DNA of 64,000 nt. Origin: an uncultured Bacteroidales bacterium (lineage in GTDB: Bacteria; Bacteroidota; Bacteroidia; Bacteroidales; JAAYJT01). Below are positions 35,001-47,000 of this stretch, piece by piece. The stretch lies in the NCBI GenBank assembly GCA_964419945.1, contig CAYQRU010000001.1, positions 29,441-93,440 of the forward strand. The letters run 5' to 3'. The position numbers were made by a program, and so were the translations under genes. The notes under the pieces are model-generated. The model ran no database searches, had not been told where the DNA came from, and worked only from the letters and a program-made list of their open reading frames with translations. Numbering within the stretch: the first letter of the stretch is position 1; every line of letters starts with the position of its first letter.

Positions 35001-38000
35001 CGGTTACTGTGGGGCTAGAAGGTTTTGCACTGCCTGCAGGAGTTGCCAATATTGCAACATCGGTTAACAGCCTGAACTTTGGTAATGTGATCAACGGCAC
35101 ATCCAAAACAGTATCTCTTTTTATTATTAATACAGGAACTTCGGCTCTCACCGTCAGTAATATCACGTCAGGCAATGCTGTTTTTTCTGTTAGTCCGACT
35201 GCGTTTACTTTGCCGAATACCAATGATATACGGGAAGTATTTGTAACATTTCAACCGGGAAACAAAGGTCTTTTCAGTGCTCTGCTGACTATCTCTTCCA
35301 ATGCTCCTCAAAAACAGATAAGCCTTTCAGGAATAGGATTTGACAATCACTTTGGAATTACAGAACCTACCGGAATACCTTACACGATTATCGTTCAGCA
35401 GACAAACCTGCAGGGATCAATCTTACCTGGGGATGAATTATCGGTTTTTGATGGTGGATTGTGCGTAGGCATGGTAAACAGTTTTACCGGATCAAATACG
35501 CAGTCGGTCAGATTTAACGGGAGCAACGCTTATCTCCAGGTTCCGAATACCGCTTCATTGAATCCTGCTGCAATAACAGTTGAATCCTGGGTTAAAACAA
35601 CTGATGGTGGTGCGTCAAGATCCATTCTGAGTAAAACGAATGGTTGTGCCAGTTCTGGATATCTCATGTGGTTGAACCAGAATGGGGTTGGAGCCGGCAA
35701 ACCCGGTTTCTGGGTGGGTGATGGCCCCTGGCTTGATGCAAATGTAACCGTTCACGACGGCCAATGGCACCATATAGCCGGTACTTTCGACGGAACAACT
35801 GCTAGGATCTATGTGGATGGTGTGTTGAGCAATTCAAGGGTTTCAACTGAGAACCTCTCGTCTTCCAATGCTTTGCAGATTGGAGGTTCTACCTATTGCG
35901 GAAACTTGCTGAACGGAAATATTGATGAGGTCAAAATCTGGAATTATGTCCTTACACCTCAACAGGTTCAGCAATCTATGAACAGCATTCCACAGGCAAA
36001 TTCAGCAGGTCTCGTTGGATATTGGCCGTTTGAAGGAGATTTCGACGATAAATCGCTCAGTAATCACCACACACAGGTACTGGGATCACCGGTTTTTGAA
36101 ATCATTGCCCCTCAACTGCTTAATGAACTTGAAATGATTATCGTTGCCTGGCAGGCCGATCCCGGCAACAATCTTCCGGGATATACTCCCGGTAATCCCA
36201 TGTCATTCAAATTATGGACTGGCATAAATGGTTTCCCGACCGAGTTAACTGCATCGGCAAATTATATAATTGGTGATGGTACTTTTGGTTTTGGGCAATT
36301 CTCGATCGTGAACCTGGATTTTAACCTTCCTGCAATTAATGTTGATCCGGAAGAAATTTTTGTTGCCCTGGCCGAGCCTGACTCAACAGAAGTTACCCTC
36401 ACAATATACAATACCGGAACCGGTGACCTGCGGTTCAGCTTACCTGATCCATTCACCAACGGAAAGTTCAGGGCTTCTTATTATTACAGTCCCGGCACCG
36501 GGGCATCACCGAACTTTGGAACTTTCATGTTTGAGATTGATGACGAATATATTGATAGTAGCTGGGGAAATGGTGGACCCGGTAACGGTGTTGGCAACGA
36601 CGATTTTCAGATAAAATGGATAGGTAAGATATATGCTGAAAGTGCCGGAAATTACCAGTTCAGAAGCTACACGGATGATGGGCTGAGATTATATATTGAC
36701 GGGCAGCCCGTTATTAATCAATGGTATGACATGGCTACAACGAATCACTATGGCACGGTTAGCCTTTCCCAGGGTTTTCATGATCTCGAATTTCATTATT
36801 ATGAAAATGGTGGATGGGCTGATGCCTATCTGTACTGGACCCCACCCGGTCAGGCAGAAGAACTGGTTCCTGCAGCAAATCAAAGTTGGATGAGTATCTC
36901 ACCCTCATCGGGTATAATCGCTCCTGCTCAGTATGTTGAAATTACAATCTCCTTTAATTCCACCGGCTTGATAGATGGTTTATACGCTGCTGATTTGTTG
37001 ATTGTCAACAACACTTCCACACAATCACCGCTTGTTGTTCCGACCCTCATGAATGTTACGGGCACTCCTCAGATCTCATCATCTTTACCTGAAGTAAATT
37101 TTGGCCAGGTGGTTGTAAACAGTACGTTGGAAAAGAGTTTGAATATTATGAATATCGGTACCCAGGCTCTTATCATACAGGATATTTTTGTTCAGGATGA
37201 GATAAACAGCGGATTTACTTACCAATTGAATGATAAATCTTTTCCTTTAAGCATTGATCCGGGGCAATCCATTGTTACTGTTATTGCTTTTACACCTTTA
37301 TTGCCCGGTGAAGTAAATGATACCCTGATGATATTATCAAATGCCGGGAATGCTGAAACCTATTTAATTCCACTGTCGGGTTCAGGGATCACCCCACCTG
37401 AGATTTTTCTGACCGAAACTGTTTTTGAGTTATCCTATGTATGCAATGACCAGTTCACCGATTCTCTGAAAATATTCAATTTCGGCCAGGACACTTTAAG
37501 TGTTAGCATGAGTTCTGATCAAACCTGGCTTGCTACTAATCCCGTTCAGGCTCATATTGCCGGCGGTGACAGTATCAGTGTTACAATACACATTTCAACA
37601 CTTGATTTATTTGCGGGTGTTCATGAAGCTTTCCTGAGTATCCAGTCGAATGACCCCGGCCAGCCACTCCTGGAAGTGTTATGCACATTAACGGTTACAG
37701 GCGATCCAGCCATCCTTTGCAACGATTTTCTGAACATGGGCTCAGCAAACATTGGCGATACTTTAGTGGGTCAACTGACAGTAGCTAACAGCGGTTGCGA
37801 TGTACTCGAAGTATTTTCGGTTGGGATTCAAAGCCAGTTTCCGGTATTTTCGGTGCTGAATCCTGCTTTTGAGGTGCAGCCTGGTGATGCAGCTATTTTG
37901 CAGATCGCTTTCGTTCCATTGGCTTCAAATCAGTATAATGCCATCATCACCATCAACACCAACGATCCGGCAACTCCGGCTTTTGATGTTGTTGTATCGG

Positions 38001-41000
38001 CAACGGGGATTGAACCTCCAAAACTATCAGTTATTCCACAGAATATATCAGAAATATTACAGTCAGGCACTACCGGACAGGAATCTTTCAGCGTTAAAAA
38101 CACAGGTGGCCAGGTGCTTGAATTCAGTACTGTCAAAGATCCGGTAAATCCTTTTATGCTCCACCTCGATGGCAATGGCGATTATATCAATGTTGTGCAT
38201 GCTCCGGCGCTGAATCCCACTCAGGAGATAACACTTGAAGCATGGATTTACCTGATTGATAATGTGAACGAATTCATAATAGGGAAGGAAAATTCAACCG
38301 AGGGCAAATACCGTCTTTTGGTGAACAGCAGCAGTCGCCTGGAGTTCAAACTTAACAATCTGCATGTTATCACTTCAAACACTGTTGTCGTTAAAAATCA
38401 GTGGTATCATGTGGCAGCGACCTTTGACGGATCTACCATGCGGATTTTCATCAATGGTGTTCAGGATGTTGTTCAAACATTTGACCCGTTCACCATCGAG
38501 CCCAATACGGATAACCTCCGGATTGGAAGGTCATACCAGTTTCACTACTTCTATGGCAGGATTGATGAGATTAGGATATGGAGCATTGCCAGAAATCAAT
38601 CAGAAATTCAAAGCGCTATGTACCAGCATCTACTGGGTTCCGAACCTGAATTGCTGTTGTATTTCCCTATTCTGAACTTAACCGGAAGTATTGTTACTGA
38701 TGCTTCAAACAATCCGCATAACGGAATTTTGTTTGGCAATCCGGTAATATTGGGTGCAACTGTTCCATTTACAGATTATCTCACAATCTCAAACGGAAAC
38801 GGAAACCTGACTGCCAACCAGCAGCAAAATGTACTGCTCAGTTTGGGTACCGCCGGGTATTTTGCACGCAACTATCAAAGGCAGCTTTCTGTGAGCAGCA
38901 ATGCCGTCATTAACCCGGTGCAGCAGGTTACGCTTGACTTTACCATTGAAGGAAGCAGCAATATTGTTCCCAATCCTGCACAGATTACCTTTGAGGATAC
39001 TTATATAGGATTAATGGACACTTTGGAACTCATTCTTCCAAATTCAGGCGCAATGGCCGCCGGCATAACTGAAATATCGTTCAGCTCTCCGGTTTTTTCT
39101 GCGCCTGTTCCGGTCAGCAAGGTTTTCCCGTTTTCACAACGTACACTGCTGATTGTTTTTGAACCCCAACTGGTGCAGTTGTATGAAGCAACTCTGACCA
39201 TATCAACCTCAGACGGGAAATCACAACAGATTGAAATTCCTCTCACTGGTTTAGGTCTTAGTCCGCCTGTACCTGATTTTTCACCGGTTGCTGCAAACTT
39301 TGGTCAGGTTGTCATAAACAACACAAGTGTTGTTGGGATCACTCTGTCCAATCTGGGCAATCCACCTTTGGAAGTTTATTCTTATTCATTTTCTGATCCT
39401 GCTTACTTCAGCAGTGACCTGGCGGTTCCTTTCGCATTGAATTTTGAACAGCAGGTGCAGTTTAATGTTTCGTTTACCCCACTTAATTATAATGCTATCA
39501 GTGAATCAATGGTTTTCAATACCAATGTGGGTCAGGTCAGTCTTCCTCTCAGCGGTACGGGAACACCACCGGATCATGATCTTGCAATCACACAGATTAT
39601 ATCTCCGCAAAGCGGATGCGGATTAAGTGCTTCAGAAATAGTAACTGTAAGAATAAGAAATTTCGGGATGCTTCCGCAAAACAATTTTGATGTCGCATAT
39701 TCACTGAATAATGGCGCTGATGTTGTTGAAACGGTGAATCAAACCATTCTATCCGGCGATGTACTTAATTATATATTTTCCCAAACCCTTGATCTTGCTG
39801 TGACAGGAGGTTATGGACTGCGTGCATTCACAATGCTGGGATCAGATCAAAACAAAGCAAATGATACATTAAGTGTCACCATCACCAATTCACCATCAGT
39901 AGGCATGATAAGTGATATGTTGCCGCCTGACAGCACATTCAGTGTTTCAGAACCTGTGGTGTTTTCATGGAATCCTGCGGCAAATGCCACTTTTTATGAT
40001 CTCTACCTCTGGCGCACCAACCAGCAGAAGCCCTCAATACCCACAGTTTCAGGTATTACAGCAACTACATACACCTACCTTGATTACCTGAATAAGAATT
40101 ATCTGTATAAGTGGCAGATTGTAGCCCGCAACCAGTGCTCGCAGAGCTTAAGCCCAATCCATGTATTCTCATTCAATGTTTTCAGCGATCTTATGGTTAC
40201 CTCTGTTGACGCTCCGGTCACGGCAACTTCAGGGCAGCCGGTAAACATCTCCTGGAATGTTAAAAATTTCGGAACGGGCGGTACGGGCATCATACCCTGG
40301 AAAGATGATGTGTACCTTTCGCCATCAACATTCTTTGATGTGAATACGGCCGTAAAAGTAGCTTCGCTGAGTAATCTGTCGGCACTGGTACAAGGTCAGA
40401 GTTATACCAATACGACAACCATTACGCTCGATCCATATCTGAATGGAAATCACTATGTATTTGTGCGAACTGACGTTAACAACACCATACAGGAGGTGAA
40501 CGAGAACAACAATATACAGCGCACAGAGAATCCAATGCTCGTCAGCCTGCCGCCTTATCCTGACCTTGCTGTTGGCAACATACAGTCGCTGGGTGGAAAC
40601 ATTATCCCGGGTCAGCAACTGACTGTTGGCTGGACTGTTGGAAATACCGGCGATGCTTCAGCTATTGGAGGTTGGAGCCAGCGTGTGGCGATTGTGTCAG
40701 ACGCACAGACATATGTTCTTGGTTTTGTTCAGAGCATTGAAAGCCTCGATCCACTTGTTGAGTTGAACCTTAGCTCCACCTTTATGGTACCCCATCAGTT
40801 GGGAATGGACGGGGAAGTATATCTGCAGGTTCGGATCACACCAAATCCTGCACTAATTGAGAAGCCCAATGCAACAGCTAACAACACAGCATTGAGCAAT
40901 CAGGGAGTATTGCTTGAACAGCGACTTTTCCTGTCTCTGCCACAGCCAACGCTTCCTGAAAACGCCGGCTCACCCATACAATGCATAGTCAACAGGAGCG

Positions 41001-44000
41001 GAAGCAGGGCAAGTGCACTGAGTGTGAGTTTTGATGTTTCTCAGGAGAACAGAATTACCATTCCGGCTTCAGCGATTATTCCGGCAAACCAGGCAGGAGC
41101 TGCTTTTCAGGTCGCTGCAATCAACAACACCTGGATAGAAGGAAACATTGATGTGGTAATAACGGCTTCAGCCGCCGGCCATCCTGATGCTATTGCAAAT
41201 CTTGCTGTTATTGACGATGAGGTACCTTCGCTAAACTTGAATTTGAGCGTTGGCAGCGCAAACGAAGGTGATACCTTCCAACTGACACTTACAAGGGATG
41301 TGGTTTCGGCCAATCCTTTGAATGTTATGCTGTCTGTCAGCAAGGCCAATCAACTTGTATTACCTGCCAGCATGACAATTCCTGCCAATGAGGCTTCGGC
41401 AGTTATGTCGGTTGAGGTGATAAACAACAGCACACCTGAACTTACTGAGGCTGTTGCCATCAATGCCTCAGCGGTTGGATTTATACCTGCCACTGCAAAT
41501 ATTACCATTCTTGACGAGGATATACCGCAGCTTTCACTCACCATTATTCCCTCTGTGGTTTCTGAAGGAGCTGGCCCTTATGCTTCCTGGGCAACACTGC
41601 AATTGAATTCTCCTGTCATTGCCAATCTTATTGTGGTTATTTCTGCCGAAACAGCAGGCCAGCTATTCTTTCCCTCATCTGTAAGCTTTGCTCCGGGGCA
41701 AATTCAGAAGCAGTTCAATATCGGGGTGGTTGACAATGGAATACTCGATGGTGACAGAACTGTCGCTGTGACGGCTGCTGTGTTTATTTCGTCATGCAAT
41801 TGTGGCGCTCCCCCCGAAACCGGAGGAGCTGATACTCAAAATATTAACATACTTGATAACGATGGTTTGTCGCTTTCGGTAAATTCAACGCCATTTTTGG
41901 TACCTGAAAATCAAACTAACGCAGGATTGCTCACCATCACGAGAAATACAACTGGAGGCCCGCCAATCGCTGTAAATATTCAGCATAATGGCCCAAATGA
42001 AATATTGCTGCCGTCTTCTGCTGTGATTCCTGAAGGAGCTACTTCCGTGAATGTTCCGTTCAGCACACTCGATGATGGGATCAGCGATGGCGATCAGGTC
42101 GTTACAATTTCTGTTACATCCCCCGATTTTACTCCCGGATCGTGTTGGATCATTGTTACTGACAAAAACCTGCCTGATTATGTTGCTCAGGAGCTTACCT
42201 TATCGCAGGCTGAAATCCTTATCAATGATTCTGTGGGTATGAGCATTTGGATCGCAAACAAGGGCTTTGCCCCGGCACCCGCCAACGCCGAAGTCAGGTT
42301 TTACAGATCAGCCAACAACCACCTCGATAACAGCGATCTTTTAATTGCAACCCAAAACATCCCGGCTATTCTGAATTTAGGCGACTCCGTCCAGATTGGA
42401 GCATTCTATAAACCAGTGGATGTTGTGGGCAATTTCTTTATCATTGCATCGGTAAACATGAACGGGACAATTACCGAATTGATCGGGATTAATAATACCT
42501 CATCCGCAGTGCCATTTGCTATCCTTCCCGATTATACAGCTACGGCCTCAGTAGCTGGCGATGTTTTCAACGGCACTGCGCCCATTATCATCACCGGCAC
42601 CACACAAACCGTAACCAGAGGTCCGGTACCCAACAAGGCTGTGGATGTTTACGTGGTTGTTAACGGTACCCGGCGCGTGCTTAATGCGGTAAGTGATCAG
42701 AATGGGACATTCAGTTTGAATTTTATTCCATTGAACGGCGAAGGAGGTGCATACCATGTTGGTGCCTGCTATCCGGGTCAGAATCTGGATGTGGCACAGG
42801 ATGAATTCACAATCCTTGCTGCCCGGCACAATGCTTCAGGTTATATTATCTGGAATATGTGGCTAAACGAAACAAGGGATTTTACACTTGAATTAATGAA
42901 TATCAGCCCGCTCGGACTGAACAATCTTCAACTCGAGGTATTATCTGGCCCCCCTGGTTGTATAGTAAATTTTACACCTTTGAGCTTACTTCCTGGCAAC
43001 GCGACAGCTCTGTTGAATTATTCCGTAACCGCTACTGAAGTTACAACCGGTACGCTCTATGAAGAAGTTAAACTGCAACTTACCAGTGCGGAAGGCACTA
43101 AATTCAGGTTCAGTGCCTGGTTTTTCAGCCAGGCAACCATGGGAAACCTGAAACTTACTCCTGCCTCTCTAAACAAGGCAATGGTCACAAATGCCATCAA
43201 TTATGCTGAATTTGAAATACTCAATAACGGTTTGGCTGAAACCGGGCAAATAACCATTCAATTGCCTCAGGCCAACTGGCTTTCCCTGGCCAGCCCCCCA
43301 ACCATTGAATCACTCATGCCCGGGCAAAAAGCGATAGTAACGCTCAAACTCATGCCCGGCAGCGATTTGCAACTGAATAATCCGATCAGTGGTCAGATTG
43401 CTTTATCCGGTACGAACTCAAACAGTGTTCTGTTACCCTTTTTATTCGAACCCGTTTCGCTTGAAACCGGCAACCTGCTGGTGGATGTGGTGGATGAGTA
43501 CACATACAACACTGTCGCTGCACCCCATTTGCAGGGTGCAACGGTGACGCTGTCGCATCCTTACAGCGGTCAGGTGATTGCACAGGGTATAACAGATGAG
43601 AACGGGCATTTTCTTGCAGAAGGTATCTATGAAGGTACTTATATGTTGCATGTGCAGGCTCCGCAACATGCCAGCTATCAGAATATCGTTTTTATTGAAA
43701 AGGGTGTAACCAGGACTCAACTGGTGTTCATCGCATTCCAGGCTATTACGTATACCTGGCAGGTAGTTCCTACCTTGATTCAGGATCAGTATGAAATAAA
43801 ATTAATCACTGTTTTTGAAACCAATGTACCCGCTCCGGTGGTTGAGATGAACATGCCGGATACACTCCCTCAACTGGGTGTTGGAGAGGTATTTCCATTC
43901 CTCCTCACGCTTACAAACCGCGGGTTGATCACCGCACAGGATGTAGAGATAACATTTCCGGATGATGAGGAATATATGTTTATCGCCAATGTCAATACCC

Positions 44001-47000
44001 TTGACATTCTTCCCAACACATCCGTTCAGATACCTGTTCTCATGAAGCGAAAACCTGATGTAAAATTATCAGGTCGCAGCCTTAATTGCACCGACATAAC
44101 AATTACGAAATACAAATTTGAGTGCGGTCCCGACAACCAGATGCGGGTAGTGGCTGCCTGGAGTATTTATCTTGGCAGGGTTTGTTCAGGTCCGGGTGGA
44201 CCGTCAATACCCTTTTATTGGCCAGTTTTTCCAGGTGGAGGAGGGGTGGGTCCCGGAGGACCCGGTGGAGGTTCTGGCCCGGGATGGGGCCCGGGTTTAG
44301 GACCTTCAACTCCTTACCAAAGCAGCAATACCGGGTGCGATCCATGTATTGCCGAAGCTTTAAACTGTGCACTTGACTGCATTAATCCCATTCCTCCCGT
44401 TCTCGACTGCGGTGCAGATGTATATGCCAATGGCCTGAATTGGTCCAATGGCATTTCGTGTTTCTGGGGACTTGTTGACACCTTCTCAGGTGGATCATTT
44501 GGCTGTGCCTGGTGTATCGGCACAACCATTGGTTGTTTCATCAACCAGGCAATCGGCAATACCAAAGCTGCAGCAGGAAGCCGATATCCTGCCGAACTTG
44601 AGCAGGCATTTGAGGATATGGAAATGCTCGACAAAGCTTTTACTGCCATTGAAAATGCCGCAAAAGAAACCTGCGGGAACGATGATCTGGTTGTCAGGGA
44701 ATTTTTTGGTTCGTTTAAAGATTCAGTTGCACAATATATTGATACTGAAACCCCGATCAATCTTCAGGCACAAAACGATTTGCTGATTTATTTTGCCGGC
44801 AGTGATATTACTGAATCAGAAATTCTTGATTTCATCACTTACTGGAACACCACGCTTCAGGCCCGCGCACTCGGCGTGTACTCTCCATCTCCGGAGTTTC
44901 CTCATATCATTGACACACTTCTGCTGCATCATTATCAATTGCAGCTCGACACAGTAATCCAGTACACAAAAGCCCGGGGTTATAATTCTATTGACCAACT
45001 GTATAATCAAGCAGCAGAAATTTATGCCGGCTATTTACAGGCAAAAAATTCGGCTGTTTGCGCCACAGTAACAGTAGAGTTTTCTCAAACCCTGACAATG
45101 ACCCGGGAAGCCTTTGAGGGAACACTGACCATCTTTAATGGCCATGAAACCGATGCCATGGAAAACATTATGCTTGCACTCGAGATTAAGGATGAAGATG
45201 GAGCAATCAAAAACGATCTGTTCCAGATAAATACGAAATCACTCAATCAAATATCCGGAATTGATGGCTCAGGTATTTTGGAAGCTCTTACTGAGGGTAC
45301 GGCGGTAATTACTTTTATTCCTGAAAGGGGAGCCGCTCCTGATGTACCAAAGTACTATTCCTTTGGCGGAACACTGTCTTACCTCGATCCGTTTACAGGC
45401 GAGATTTTTGAACAACAACTGTTTCCGGTTACACTTCAGATTAATCCAAGTCCTGACCTGTATATTGATTATTTTATGCAGCGTGATATTTTAGGTGACG
45501 ATGCTCTCACACCTGATATCGAGCCCATGGTTCCAGCTGAACTCGCGGTGATGATTGATAACAGGGGAACAGGAACTGCGTATAGCGTAAATATCGAATC
45601 TGCCCAACCCAGAATCATTGAAAATGAAAAAGGACTGCTGATTGATTTTCAGATCGTTGGATCAAACCTGAGTGGAAAACCCAGGCAACTTGGTTTACTG
45701 AATGTTGACTTTGGAGATATTCCTGGTGGCGAAATTGCCATAGGCCAGTGGTGGTTTACGAGTACGTTGCTCGGGCACTTTATTTCTTATGAAGTGTCAA
45801 TCAACCACCTGAACAGTTTTGGAAATCCTGATTTGAGTCTTGTAAGCAGCGTGCAGGTACATGAATTGATCAGGGGCGTAAGTGTGTACGGGCCACCTGA
45901 CGACAGCATCAGCGATTTTCTGGTTAATGATATACCTGATACGCATGACATCCCCGACGCATTATATTATTCGAACGGCGCCATTGCCCAGGTTTATCAG
46001 GCAACTGCATCGCAAACCGATGGCCAGGTCAATATGAGCAACCTGGAAATCCAGCTCACAGTTACACCTTTTACAATGGGATGGAATTACACCAAACTGA
46101 ACGATCCGGGCAACGGACTTTTCCGGATTATCAGTTGCACCCGCCAGGATGGCCAGGTCATCCCACTTGATAATATCTGGCTTACCCACGTTACCATTCC
46201 TGACGGCGGGGAACCGGTTTATGAGAACAAACTGCATTTCCTCGACTACTTTAGCTCGACGGTTCCTTATAGTTATACTGTTGTTTTTGAACCGGGAAAT
46301 CTTGATGTGCCCGAAGTAGTTGCCATCACTGGAATTCCTGCCGGAATCACTGACACACCGGTTATAAATATTGAGGTGGTATTCAATAAGCCCATTGACC
46401 CAGCAACCTTCGACTACGAAGATATGGTACTCAGTAACCAGGGAGGTCCAAACATGATGGACAACTCGGTGATCGTTTCACAGGTTAATGATACTGTTTT
46501 CAATGTGGATATTTCTACCAAAACCACAGCCAACGGTTTTTATGCACTTACCGTTCAGGCAGCCGGCATCGCTGATCTGATGGGTAACTTTGGCCAGGTG
46601 GGAAAACAGGTTACCTGGGTTCAGGCACTGTCAACTCCTGCCATAGTTCTCTTTATCGGACTGCCGGAGGACGGACATCCCATTGATTCGCTTCTTGTTA
46701 TGTTTAACATGCCAATTAATCCGGCCACCTTCACAACAGCTCAGCTGGTATTGACCGGACCTGACGGAATACTAATTCCTGCTGAATCATTGGTGATTTC
46801 GGACGCAAGTATCAACAACATGTTGTTTAAGATCAGCGGATTACTTCCTCTCACATCAGATGATGGTAATTATCAGCTTTTATTTAAACTCACAGAGATT
46901 CAGGGCGAGAATGGAGTAAGTGGCTTGCTTGACCAGCCAGCACAATGGACAGTTTGCCAGGTACCGCCGCCCGCTGCCAATGCAGGGGAAAATGCCACTA

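Noticed and set aside
44190-44310. The Gly/Pro-rich run in giant B as a collagen-like or separate small gene (ORFs 44122-44376 on the + strand and 44103-44372 on the - strand).
   Set aside because: There is no regular G-X-Y triplet periodicity. The alternative-frame ORFs are composition artefacts. The main frame is continuous, and the flanking Cys skeleton is conserved with giant A.
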